DNA of 63,926 bases, the filler included, from Gonapodya sp. JEL0774 (lineage: Eukaryota), in NCBI GenBank assembly GCA_027604505.1. It is 3 parts of 3 records of this genome, joined end to end, with 100 filler letters (N's around TTAATTAATTAA, not from the genome) between each part and the next. Parts side by side here need not be neighbours in the genome. Positions count along the whole stretch, not along the records: positions 26,659 to 52,648 come from JADIIX010000223.1; positions 52,749 to 63,926 come from JADIIX010000362.1; 1 more part is not named here. One strand, written 5' to 3'. The first letter of the stretch is position 1; each line of letters starts with the position of its first letter. Shown piece after piece: positions 51,268 through 63,926 of this stretch. The notes beneath the pieces were generated by a model that did not search any database, had not been told where the DNA came from, and saw only the letters and a program-made list of their open reading frames with translations. The translations under genes and the position numbers were made by a program.

Positions 51268-52507
51268 ATGTACTCACTCCTTTCTGGCCTGTATCAGCAC
51301 CTGACGCAGAAAGAGGAGTATTACATTCTTATCTTGGGATTGGATAATGCGGGGAAAACGGTGAGTGATCGCAGAGAGCGCGTTCGGCACCCATGTGAAC
51401 CAGCAGTCAAGAGCTCACCGCGTTTCCAACGACTTACCGGCGGAATAATTGGCTTTACAAATCCACTGGGACCCCCGGTTTATCGCTGGTCATTCCACTT
51501 GATGAACTCCATTGTCTTGGCATCATGGACTGGTGGTGACGTTCTTGACATCGCCCTCCGTTACAAAACAAGACGCTCCTCGAGAAGATAAAAACGATAT
51601 ACCTGGGTGTAGATGGTGTCCCACCGGAGAAGATAGCCCCCACCGTTGGCCTAAATAGTTGAGTCTCACGTGTCTCGCATTGTGTCAGTTGCACCACACC
51701 TCACATGTCCAAAACTCCCACGTCTCCCCGCTTGTTCACCCTGCTCCAGTCGCCAAAATCCCGATATCATCAACGTCCCGCCTCAACTTCTGGGACTTGG
51801 GCGGACAACGCGAAATGCGGACGCTGTGGAGCCAATACTACGACGAGTGTCACGGAATAGTATTCGTAATCGATTCGTGCGACGAAGAGAGAATGGACGA
51901 ATGTAGAGTGACTGTTGGTACGTTTGATGTGGGCCGCGTGTCATGCATGGAAAGTTGGGCTTGGTGGTTGGCAACGGGGATGGGTCAATCTTGATTTTCA
52001 CATCGGCCCCACGAACCTTCGACATTCCGCACCACCCGCTTAAGCCTTTATTGCTCTCATCTCTTTCATATATCGTCCATACATCCCCCATAGACTCGCT
52101 CCTATCTTCGGACCTCACCCTCTCCGTCCCTGTCGTCATGCTCGCCAACAAACAGGACCTACCCACCGCGCTGAAAGTTCACGAACTTAAAGAACGGTTT
52201 GTGAATCGAATGGCACAGAGGATGGGGGCGAGGGAGAGTAATGTTCTGGGAGTGAGCGCCATTGAGGGGTGAGTTGGAAGTTACGTTGTAAAGAAGGAGG
52301 CGAGGCTGCTCCCGTTTGACTGATTAGATGCACCCCCGTTTGTTGACCACGATGCACTATCTTTCATCGCCTTCTCTCGCTGATTCGTGCCAACACACCA
52401 ATCCAACTCCCACCTCACGTTCTAGGACCGGCGTCAAAGACGCCATCGACTGGATCTGGTCCCGGGTACAACGAAATAAAAGCACCAGACCACCGTTGAT
52501 GCGATGA
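51268..52507 (+). CDS. ARL3: ARF-related GTPase ARFRP1 / yeast Arl3
   Basis: MYSLLSGLY..LTQKEEYYILILGLDNAGKT, PTVGLN, FWDLGGQ, ANKQD, VSAIEGTGV; non-myristoylated MY start typical of ARFRP1. Confidence 0.93.
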
Positions 52508-52648
52508 GTGCCCCGGAGGTAATGTTTCTGATCAGTTTGCTAGGATGGGCTTCCGGAAGGGGGTGGAAGCGACACAATCAAACTTGGGAATGGGGGAGGG
52601 GGGCGGGGGTAGGGGGGCAAGTGGGACGGGGGGGAGAAGGACCAAATC

Positions 52649-52748
52649 NNNNNNNNNNNNNNNNNNNNNNNNNNNNNNNNNNNNNNNNNNNNTTAATTAA
52701 TTAANNNNNNNNNNNNNNNNNNNNNNNNNNNNNNNNNNNNNNNNNNNN
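52649..52748. other. Assembly gap with artificial TTAATTAATTAA linker
   Basis: N run + linker + N run. Confidence 0.97.
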
Positions 52749-52749
52749 G

Positions 52750-52880
52750 ATGGGTTCGAGCTGAACTTGCGAGCCGCCGTCCAACTTTGCGGTGTCTCTG
52801 AGTGAATCAATTTAGAGTTGTTCATTGGTTTTTTGTCAAAACCACCTCAGTTAGTCTGTCGTTATACAATGTTGAACATA
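52750..52880 (+). repeat. Inverted repeat arm, partner at 63797-63925
   Basis: GAGCTGAACTTGCGAGCCGCCGTCCAACTTTGCGGTGTCTCTGAGTGAATCAATTTAGAG is the exact reverse complement of sequence at the window end. Confidence 0.95.
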
Positions 52881-53417
52881 GTACTGATTATCAATTCATG
52901 GTTGCTCATTTCAACACAACGTTTCCAATTTCTCGCTTGCGTAATCTATTTTCTCTGTTGCCCTCTCTTGGATATATTCAATACGGAACACGGTGCATTG
53001 TGAGGTCTTGTCTTTCATCGTCCACCCACACTCCGTCACTGTCTTTGTCCCAGCCGTCCTGGCCCGTGTATCCTTGCTTCTGCCGACACGTTGCCGGGCA
53101 CTGACTCGTTGATCTCACTTCGTCGTACCAACTACGTACAGACGCTCATTTTCACCATATATAAGCGTACCTGTTCCCTCGTCCACCGCAGAAGTTGTTG
53201 CACATTTTGGATTAGATGCTGAGTCAGGTGCCCCTACGCACTATCACAACATTGTTCTGCATACCGGTGTTTGGTATACAGTCATACTGAAAAATGAGGA
53301 CGCGCAATCATTTCATACTTAGAATACCAGATAGAGCCAAAGCGAAATCAATAATTATAATAGAACATAAATATTCCCTGCTGCCTCGCCAGAAATGTAG
53401 CTTCCACGTGGAAGAGG

Positions 53418-56388
53418 TCACGTAGAAGTGGCCAAAGGTGACAAGGAGATGACGTATGGTCTATTCTCCACCGAAAGCTCAGAAACTCCTCTGAGCTCTT
53501 TCAATGCGCTCTTGGCGGCGTCCATACTGGCTTGCATGGCAATGATTTCCTCATCTCGGATATGCTTCACTGGGACCACAAACCACTTGTGCGCGTTGAG
53601 TATCCACCATACGTACTATTGGTAGAAAGTCAAGATGAGCATCAGGGGAAGCAAACATGCTCTCTGACCGTTACCAACCAGACCAGCTGCAAGGGCGATG
53701 CCAAGGATGATGGGGTAGGAAAGTCTCCAATCTAGAACAGGAAAAGTACTACAATGGCTTCGGCTAAGCACAAAAAACCACACGGTTGCGCCTTAAATCG
53801 ACGCGTGGGAACTCACAAGGGCAATCTTATGACCACTGGCACGAGGGTCAACCAAACCAGCCCCATGCAACCAGCAACAGTTGAAAAGCGCCCAAGATAA
53901 AGTTCTCCCCTCTGCAGACAAGACAGAGCACAGCCACTGGACGAGCGCACGACACAAGTATCATCGATCATCGCGACTCACCTCAAAGGTCCTTTTCCCG
54001 AAAATCAGCTTGCAGAATATGGGAATACCATATGCAATCATCAAGCCAATAGTTCTTGCTGATAGGGAAGTTGGGAATACGGCGCTAGGTGACCAAAAGC
54101 CAATCGATAGACTCAAGAAGGATACTGATGTGCGAAGTTGGGTCCAGAACAGTTACTCTGTTGAGCCGCTTTGAAAATCAACTCACAAAAACTACACAGC
54201 CATACAGCTCGTAGTGGCAGATGAGTTTTGTGATGCGTCACGCGAAGTTTAGATGAGATGTATTGTCCGAACCCGTTGTCGCGCGCGAACGCAAATACTG
54301 GTGTTCCGGTGCGGATCGTCAAACATAAACACACCGGGGGAAAAGTATGGGTGACTTACACATTCTGGAAGTTCTTCAAACACGCGGGGGGTACTTTCAC
54401 AGTTAAATCGGCAGAGAGTATTGTGAAACCCGGCAACTCACGCCGTAGTCATGGCTACTCCACTGAAAAACAAGGAGACACCAACCAAACATGAAATCAG
54501 CGTCCCAGCAGTGACGCTTTGCGTTACATCTGAACATCGCAAAGCCAAAAGCGTGTGGCTGCGATGACCAAATTAACTCGCTGATACCGTCTCCACTCAC
54601 CAAGAACTACGGACATGGGAGATAATGGAAACATCGCGTCGAGTGCTGTGAGATCGCTGTGTTGGATGGAAAATGCCAACCCTGGAGTGGAAGGTGTTTG
54701 AGCGTTTATCGAGGAACCATGGTAGATCTCATTCAAACTATCTCACCCACGACCAATATGAACCCTACAATGGACGTAGCCATCACAGAGTAGATCATGC
54801 CTTTGGCCACATCTCGGTATGCGTTGATAGTTTCTGAAAAATGCGCAAAGATGACTTCAACGGAGTTGGGGTTGCAGAACCGGAACCAGGACAACAACCT
54901 TCCGATAGATGCGAGGATGCATCATAACCTGTTTAAATCCTATCTCATATGCCGTGTATTGCGATCGACACACACTTCCAACTCACCAATGAAACTCCAT
55001 GATGGGATTGTCAGACCTAGAACGATGGCGAAGGCCAAGTTGGGCTGATCAGATAGATTTTGGAAGCTTGTAAATACAAAGTTGGCGGTCTGAACGTGGT
55101 TAAAGAGATGAAATGTGCGGTCATCGCATTGAACGCTACTTCACGGCAACGCTACCTGTTTCGTCGGCGAGAGCAAGAGAAGTGATATGACGATCCCAAT
55201 CTGCGAAAAGCATCCAGTTCTCTCGTCTCTCACTAGGCCGTGTGTTGCTGGGGGATTGATATTGCACATACCGGTACCCCAATTTGAAGAACAAGCGCTG
55301 TCCGGAGCACATACCCGCACCAGCATCGAAACCTGAGCCATGAGTCCTGACATAAAAAGGTATTTGACTCACAAGTTTCCATCAGCCGTGCTAAAAGGAC
55401 ATCATTTATTGAGTTGAGGAGACACCAAAGTAGGATCAGACAGTAAGCGATGAAAATTTGGTGCCAACTTTGAGCTTCGTACAGCGACTGATTCACTGTG
55501 ATATAACCCAAAAGGTGGCATACACGGATTTTTGGAGGGCACTGGCGGGAACCGAACCCACCTTTGACACAAGATAGAACTACCATTGAAAGCCCGTAGG
55601 CGGTTGTCGCAAGAGAGCTTATAGAGCCCAACAAGTTGAACCATGCGGTAAACCATCTACACCAAATTTTTGTTCTGCGATTTGATCTGTATAATGACGG
55701 CGATGAACCACTCACGAGAAAATGGGCCCGTACTTCTTTCCTCCGAGCTTTGCGCTCCAATAATACAGGCCCCCTGAATTAGGCCAGGCGGAACAAATTT
55801 CGGCGATCGCAAAAACAACTGATGATATTCCATGAGGATCAGGTTTCGACGCAGGGGACAGGAAACCACAGTACCGCAGAGATTCATTGCGCTGACAATT
55901 AACCAGCCCCAAACCGCTCCAGCGGATCCCCCGAAAGTGAGTGACACCGCGAAGAGTTGAGTGACAGCGACAGGGGACTGCTGCGACATAGAAAACGAAA
56001 AGTTGTGGCTGATCGTGCCCTAGTGAGGAATGGAACTCGATAGCGATAAAATGACCATAGCCTAAGGCTCACATCCAACCAAAAGTTCTTCGAAATTCTT
56101 GACAAAATAATTCGAAAACAACCCAAAATGAGCAAGGTTGTTGCCGCCTTGGAGCCACAAAAAACTATACGTTGTCCGGACCTTGTCGATACCCCATCTG
56201 ATGTGCAGAAAACTCCCAGTCAGTTATATGCCGTCAGCCTCTGGATATTCGCATCGGGGTCACCGTTCGTCACTCACCCCCGCCAAGCGAAGTTCGTCTT
56301 CAGTTACTCTGACCATCCATTCCAGCTCACTCGAATGCCCGTCAGCGGATGGTTTAGCTTCCAGACTCTTCCAGCTCCTCCAACCCAT
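53418..56388 (-). CDS. APC-superfamily amino acid permease (GABA/choline ACT-type), copy 1
   Basis: DELRLA..GYRQ, GGSAGAVWGW, AEICSAWPNSGGLYYW, GYDASSHLSEET; many short introns. Confidence 0.88.
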
Positions 56389-57082
56389 CGATATTGTCGT
56401 GGAATGTCAGTGCATTATCTGATCGGAATGTACCTGCGTGCATATGACAATCGGCACCACCTGAATCTGAGGAGCCGCGCCTTCGAACCCCGCGGACCCA
56501 ACAATGATCCTTGGATTATAGTCCTTTTAAGTAATTACTGAGCGACTCCAGCGGTGGATTTGGTGCTCCTATGATTAATTGGTGCTCGAGGGAGCCGACC
56601 CACACAGCCAGCATGAGAAGCTCTCGACCTCTCAATCGGGATTGCCGGATTAACTGATCGTAGGGTAGGCTCTGTATGGACTCACAAAATGCTTCAAATT
56701 CTTAATCATTACATTTGAGAGACCATGATGCTCACGTGATGCTGTGGCATCTGGCGGTACTAAAGGCAACACACACTGCCTTTTTTCCTCAACATGAACG
56801 AACCTAGTTCTTCTGTACTCGGGGGATTCAAACAAAGCCGCTAATGTTTCGCTTTGGAGTCCGTTTCTGCACCTATAGTATCTGTCAAAACATCGGATCA
56901 GATGCCTTCTGAGTAGAGTGTCAAACAGGAAAGAAAACTGGCCAAATGCTCAAATCAGAGCAACGTGATCATTATAAAAACAGGGATGCAAATGATGGAA
57001 ATGATGGGTTTTCAGTTGTTATCAGTTGTATGTTCACTTTCATATTAGTTCACCGGTTTGGAGCATCTGACCGTCTTCGACG

Positions 57083-58421
57083 ATGACCACGCTTCCACCT
57101 GACATTGCATCTCTATCTGCACCTGCTCGCATTTTGGCTGAGCGCATCTCGGCTTTCCAACAGTGGCCTGATCCGTGGGAGGCAGACCCTTCGCTTTACC
57201 GAGCAGCAGTGTTGCTTCCGGTGATGGAATCCCAGGATGGAAACGACCTTGAAATACTTCTCACGGTGCGGCAGACAAAGATGCGTAGAAATGCTGGCGA
57301 GGTTGCAGCACCTGGAGGTGAGCCAGTGGATCACCAGCTCCGTTCGGATTATTGGGCGACCACGCATGGTCTCCGTCTAACGATTCCAACTTGCCTTGCA
57401 CGGTATCTCCGGGTGAATAAATGAAAGGACGCTTCGATCCGCTGCATGACAAAACACTTTCCGACACCGCTCTCAGAGAAGCTAGTGAAGAAATTGGCCT
57501 CGACCCCTCATCCGTCAGGGTTCTCACGATTCTGCCAACCTTCATTTCCCGTGGAATGTCAAAAGGAGGCCCCGTAAATCTCATTATGACTCCGGTTGTT
57601 GGGCTCATTGACAGGGCTTGGTGGGACAAGCGATTGCTGAAACTCAACGACTCCGAAGTATCTGCCGTGTTTCGCTGGCCACTCGCAGACTTTTTGAGGG
57701 TCAGTTCGGAGCAAAGACCGACTACCATTGTCTCCAACACCGTGGCTAACTTTGCATTGTCACATTCCGTCCAGACCGACAATCATTCAGCGATAATTTA
57801 CCTGTGGCCCGAAAATACACGAATCGTCGCCATCACTCACACGTTCGCCACTCGGAATCTCAGGCAATCGCGTGTGCTCTATAGTGCCGGGTCTGCCACG
57901 CCCTCCTCAGTCTCGACCGAACCACCTTCTCCAACATTCAAACTCTCCCCCATTATTGGCGTCACCACCAACATATGCGTCGTCGCGGCTGAACTTGCAC
58001 ACGGTCGCGAGGGAGATTTTCGAGTACACTGGGACAAAATCTCCGCAGACCCGAAACGTGCTCCTGGTGGGGCGCCACCGGTTCTCACGGAGCAGCAATT
58101 GAAGTTCAACTCGAGTGGTGCATCCGCACCATTCCCGTTCCGAAAGCAAGAGGAGCTCGCAACTTTGAGAAAGGACTATGCTGTGGGACCGTACTGCGGA
58201 GGCATGTCTGAAGAACGAAAGGTGAGGCACGATTTGCTGGTTCCGCATCTCTGTTGAATTTGTTCTGACTGGTTGACCTCGCGTGACGTTTATATTTATC
58301 TTTCTGCGACTGACAGATTGAACTCATGGGAGCGCTCACAGGACGTTGGAAACGAAAGGCTGGAGCGACTTTGGGAGAAGAGCGAGCTTCGGGTAAGATT
58401 ATCGTGGTAGCGAAGTTGTGA
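57083..58421 (+). CDS. PCD1: Peroxisomal CoA diphosphatase, Nudix family (Pcd1/NUDT7-like)
   Basis: AAVLLP, LLTVR...R..AGEVAAPGG CoA-type motif, Nudix box ALREASEEIGL; spliced last exon ends AKL* (PTS1). Confidence 0.85.
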
Positions 58422-60280
58422 TGGGCTAGATACTGCCGTAATCATAGTACGATTAGAAAACGAAAAACCATGTTTGCTCAAGTCTGAACCGGTGTTTTCG
58501 CAAACTGGAAAATTTTATCCATTATTGCCGTACCGGGATCATAGATACACAAATACCCCCCGGCCCCCAACCCCCTCGCCCACCACTCCCCGCCCCAACG
58601 ATCTGACACTTTCCTCAAATATCACAGCACCCATCTTGGTGAAGAGTTCCGATCATGCATAAGCAACACTAAGTCACAATCTCATATGACCTTGTTGACA
58701 GAGCAGTAGCAGTTGCTCCTCGACGCATGAGAGGGTCAAACGCAAGCAACATCAGGTTTTCTGTTTTATTGAACCACAAAATCCTTCAAAGGGGGCTTTC
58801 AGGGACCCTGATCGCTCTGCTACGAACCCATCGCCGTCCATGTCTCGTTCCCTTCTATTTCATAACTGGCGGTCCAGTCACTACTTCCCCCTTCTCGTTG
58901 ATTTCCAAGGGGTAGCCAGTCTCCTGCAAAGCATAATAAGTGTTTTTTAAGCTGGGCAATCCGGCATGTCAAAACCGTATGAGATAGGAGTACCTTCTCA
59001 TAAAGCTCGCTGGCTTTCTCCGCGGACTTCCTCTTCTCCTCTTCAGTCCTTCCCTTTCTGTGACTAGCGGCGACGAGCGTTTCAACGCGACTTAGAACAG
59101 AAAATTCGCTTTCACAAGATAGTTGAAACTTGCAGGATAATTTGGCCCCGACTCACCGAGATGGCTCCCGGCTGTCACCCGTACCAAGCAGCTGATCACG
59201 TACAAAAAAGCGACAAAACCACTGTTGTCACCAAAATCACCAGTTTTTCTGACTATCACTCACGCTTTCCTCGCTCTCTGGGGTTTCATCCTCAGCAAAC
59301 GCTCCAGGCGCAGTCTTGCTGGACTCCCTTAGCTTGGGAGGGTCCTTCCTGGTAGATTCCATGGTCGACGCGCGTGTCTTTGCAAAAAAAGAAATTGCTT
59401 CTGAGACAAAGCTCGAGTCACATGCATGCATTTGAAAATAGCTCCACCTCATCCGAGTCTTGATCTGCGATTCATGTGAACCAATCCTCGGTTTAGTCAA
59501 AGAAGATTGTGCGAACGACGGAGGCTAATTTTACCTGGAGTGTACTCGGCCTCAGCGTTTTCCTCTTTGAGAACGTAACTGTCGATCCCCAAGTTGTTGT
59601 TTCAAAGTATGTCGGTGCGTATGACGAAACGTCCCTCGCACAGTAGCAACAGAGGAACCGGTTAGAGGAAGTTGACAGGTTCCCAGTCAACAAAACGTGA
59701 AGTTAATGAAAGATTGGAGGGGGAAAATTGAGAAGTTGAGTATTGTACCAATGGACGATAACGCTCACGCAACGCGACCGAACCTGTCGTCCTTGACGAC
59801 CCCTCCTTCCTTCGTGTAATCATCTCCTTTCTGAGCCATTTTTATTGGTGCTTCCGAAATGTTTCGTTTTAGGAGGTTGAGTCTCGTCGGTTTTGCCGCT
59901 ATATGTGGTGACCTCACCCTTCAGAAACGGCCACTGGTCCACTCGTTCGAACCCACACATTTTTGAACCTTGATCACGATCTTCGACTTCAAGTGATTGA
60001 TTTTCCCGATTATTCACGAGGGTGACAGACGCTTTTCATATATGCTTTTATTGATCATGCTTGACTTCACAAACATCCGTTGTAACGCGCACCGTTAGTT
60101 ATTAGTTCTAATTAGTTCCGAGTGACTCGCGAGATGAGGGGCTGTATAGTTATTTTGGTGTGGGTTTGTTTGCTTGCGTCCCAATCAAAGGGAGGGGGGC
60201 AGGGGGTTGTGGGTGCCTTCGACACAATAATATATTTCACCGCCCCCCGCTGGATAAATCCTCCGAGCACCACATTCGCG

Positions 60281-63200
60281 ATGAGTTGGAAGACATTGGA
60301 AGGAAAGTCTTCAGCTGGCGGAGATCTGGAGTTGATGGTTCGGGTAACAGAAGATGAGCTTCGTCTGGCACGGGTGAGCGATGCAGTCCAACTCTCGGAA
60401 AGGCATGGATCGGGTTTCTCAATGTTGGTAATCCACGGGGAACTCAATATAAACAACAGATGGGCTATCGACAAGGTCAGTTTCGTGGTTCAGAATATCA
60501 GTTTCGGCGAACCAATGAAGTATTTTGCCCGCGTCATTGTCGTTCGTCACCCCCAATCACATTGTTTTCGAAATACATCAAAGAGTTTCGAAGAACGTTT
60601 GGATGGATGTGAGCTGTCCATGCGATTTTAATTACCAAGTTTGAAACTCCGATAATTGTTCGCTGAACTGTGAAACTGTAGCCACAACTTTTCGTTCTCC
60701 ATGTCCCAGCAATGCGCTGCAGCCACGACTCAGCTCTTTGCGGTATCTCTTACTTACGGTGGATCCGCAGCAGCTGTTTGGGGGTGGTTAATTGTCAGCT
60801 CAATGAATCTATGCGGTATGGCATTCTTTGAGTATTCTTCCTCTGTTGAGTTAAGAATCACTGAACATGCAAGTTTTGGATGGCAGTTATCCTCGCAATA
60901 GCAGAACTTTGCTCCGCATGGCCGAGCTCAGGCGGTCTTTATTACTGGAGCGCGAAACTTGGAGGGAAGAAGTATGGGTCGTTTTTGGCGTGGGTTATCC
61001 CTCCACATGTCGAACCGCCCAGTGTCGTGACGATAAATTCGACGCAGATGGTGCACTGCGTGGTTTAATTTATTCGGCTCCATTGGTTCCCTTGCGGCAA
61101 CTGCATACGGGCTTTCAATGGTTATTTTATCGTGTGTCAAGGGTAGGTTGCGGTTCACGGTGGGAGTCCGTGGGGGCCAAGAACTTATTTGATTGGTTCT
61201 ATCACAGTGAACCAACCGCTCTACGAAATACAAAGCTGGCACCCCATCTTTATTGGATACTGTTTCGTGGTGCTTTGGGGTCTCCTCAACTCAATAAATG
61301 ATGTCGTTTTGGCGAGGCTCATGGAGCTGTGTGAGTTCAACCATATCTTTTGCGGTGATGTATATCTCGCAATATGAAAATTGATGGTGTGATTATATAC
61401 GGGCAGCTTTGGTTCTTCAAATTGCGGTGCCGGTATGTGCACCACACTCCACCAATCGTACAACAACCAAATGACACTCGAAATACCCCAATGTTTGGAT
61501 AGATTGCTATTGCTGTGGCGCTACTCTTAATTTCCCCCACAAAACAGGTGAGTGGCGTGAATGAGCCTGCGCTTACCTGAAAAGATCACACTTGTCACGT
61601 CTCCACCCACGGACAGGAAGCCTCTTTTGTGTTCACAACCTTTCAAAATCTTTCCAACCAATCCAACCTTGCATTCACTATTTTGTTGGGCCTAACCATC
61701 CCCTCATGGAATTTTATTGGTGGGTTTGAATACTAATGCCCCGACTTGATGCTTTCAACCAAAGCGTACAAATCTCCTCATTACTGGTAGGCTATGACGC
61801 ATCTGCACATCTCTCGGAAGGTTGTTGTGATTACACGTCAGTTCCAGTTCACCGAATTCCTTTTGACGATTCAAAAATTTTCAGAAACTATCAACGCCTA
61901 CCGAGATGTCCCAAAAAGCATGATTTACTCTGTGGTAGTGACGTCCATCCTTGGGTTCATCCTAGTCGTCGGTGAGATGTATACGGCCCTCCATCCTCTT
62001 CTAGAATGGCCCTCAACAAACCCTTTTACCACAGCAATGGCGTTCTCTATTCAGCACACTGACCTAACAGCACTCGACGCGATGTACCCGTTGTCTCCCA
62101 TGTCGGTATTGCTCGGTAGGTGGAGTCCGTACTACATTAGTGATTTCGTCCTCAAAACGACCCCACTCTTGTTTATTTATGTTTTTTTTTTTTTTTGTGT
62201 GATTCCGAGATGTTACGCAAAATGTCACTACTAGCATACTGCTTTCGTGCTTCGTGGGGGTCTCACTGTTTTTCAGTGGATTCGCTGCCACCACCGCGTG
62301 AGTTCAGATATACAGATTTGCTTCCAAGCATGACCGTGACTTAGCCCTCGGTCTAACAGAACTTCCAGAATGTGTGAGTCGGCGGATTTCCTCACTTTGA
62401 GGAGAGACTTCCTTTGTAACTCCATACCCCAATCCAGTGTTTGCATTCACACGGGACGATGGATTTGGAGCCTATGTATCCTCTAAACTTCGCATGACGC
62501 ATCACAAGACTCGTCTACCACTACGAACTATATGGCTTTGTTGCCTTTGTGAGTCTTGAGATCGTTCTGCACAGCATCCAAACGTTTCGTTCCCCTTATT
62601 TTGTTTTCTATTCAGCCTGCATTTTGAGCCTGTCTACGGGTTTTTGGTCATCCAACTCCTTGTTCCCCTCCTCACTGTCAGTGCGGACTATGTGGTTGAT
62701 GATTTCATACTCCGCGCCAATGTTCTGCAAACTTGTTTTCGGAAGAAGGACATTTGAGGTGAGGACAAGTTGGACTTGTTTATGTGATATTCCGACGACT
62801 TACCAGCCATGAGCCTATCTCCAGGGAGGGGAGTTTAGGCTTGGGTGGGCTTCCACTCCAATTGGTTGCGTGGCGGTGCTTTGGTTGATTGTTTTGCCCT
62901 TCATCGTGAGATTACCATTGTGGGTTCCCACTTGCATTGAATTCAATGTGAGCGTGCGTCCTCAGCATCCTGACTTTTCAAATCGTGCAGAATATTTCCT
63001 GCTCTGGATTGGAAAATCATCTATCCAATCCTCCTTGCTTCCTCCCTTGCAGTGGTGCTTGTGAGTATGGGAAGGCGAGACCACTTCTCTCCATGTTTGA
63101 GTGGTTGTATGCGCATGCTAAGATCTATCGCACCCTGATAGTTTTTATGGTGGATTCTGAATGCTCATAAGTGGTTCGATGTTCCCGTCAAGCGAGTTGG

Positions 63201-63339
63201 TGAGGACGAAATCCTCTCCATGGAGGCCAGCCTGGACGCCGCGAAAGCTGCCCTGAAAGAGAATTCACGCATGTCGGACCTGGTACTGGAGAGTAGACCG
63301 TATGTGGTCTCATTGTCTCGAATGAGGAGCACCGGTTGA
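60281..63339 (+). CDS. APC-superfamily amino acid permease (GABA/choline ACT-type), copy 2
   Basis: Collinear with copy 1: MVRVTEDELRLA, AELCSAWPSSGGLYYW, GYDASAHLSEET, WWILNAHKWF. Confidence 0.88.
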
Positions 63340-63796
63340 TGCAGAGGTCGCACGGAGCGTTTCGTTTGGCCCAAAAATCGAAACTTGATCGATTCTTTCT
63401 CATTTAGCTGAACATTCTTTCAATCGACTGTTTCTTCCAACGATTTTATATATGTTTCGGTGTTCTTTTCGCACTCTGTTCAAGAATAAATAATGCAAAT
63501 CAAACACAACATGCTTTTGATGAAAACTGCTGAGCGGGGGGGCATCGGAGTAGTGCTTTGTGGGCCGCAAACTGCACCTGTCCCGGCAGTCATTGTGAGC
63601 GATGGACTGATTCGATTACAGTACAAGGTCGGTTCGGAACACCGACTGCTAACAGAGCTGGCAACCGGGTCAACAGTGCTGCTGATCGTCGGAGAGCGGA
63701 TTATTTTGGTCGATCATGTCATAGGTCCACACCGTGTGTAGCACAGTAGTTGTGTTGAAGAGAACACATTGAACCAATTGAATTGACATATCTGCA

Positions 63797-63925
63797 GTAT
63801 GTACAACGTCTTATAACGACGCACTAATTGAGGTGGTTTTGACAAAAAACCAATGAACTCTAAATTGATTCACTCAGAGACACCGCAAAGTTGGACGGCG
63901 GCTCGCAAGTTCAGCTCCAACCCAT
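63797..63925 (-). repeat. Inverted repeat arm, partner at 52750-52880
   Basis: Reverse complement of 52750-52880; near-identical over the outermost ~70 bp and degrading inward. Confidence 0.95.
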
Positions 63926-63926
63926 T

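Overview
Intron-rich eukaryotic DNA, most consistent with an early-diverging (chytrid/monoblepharid-like) fungus; the taxon is an inference. The window has three assembly gaps, two of them 100-nt spacers containing a TTAATTAATTAA linker. All gene models were spliced by hand. Recognisable housekeeping genes: RPF2 (partial), FIP1, RIX1/PELP1, condensin YCG1, SPT20, a SAS3-like MYST acetyltransferase, RPS19, TFIIE-beta (partial), an NmrA-like reductase, a Diaphanous-type formin, a class II eIF4E, ARFRP1/ARL3, a peroxisomal CoA Nudix hydrolase and two APC amino-acid permeases. The most unusual features are: (i) a divergent pair of secreted Cys-module paralogues whose homologous introns carry a near-identical palindrome/mini-hairpin repeat element; (ii) a TM-dCache-TM-HAMP receptor with no output domain, plus a dead copy split by an unrelated secreted gene; (iii) a candidate box C/D snoRNA with two 18S antisense elements; (iv) an ~11-kb inverted duplication with near-identical outer ends; (v) a two-module plant-type LRR receptor-like protein; (vi) an expansin-like DPBB protein with unassigned Trp-rich repeats; (vii) introns with G-rich 5' and C-rich 3' halves.
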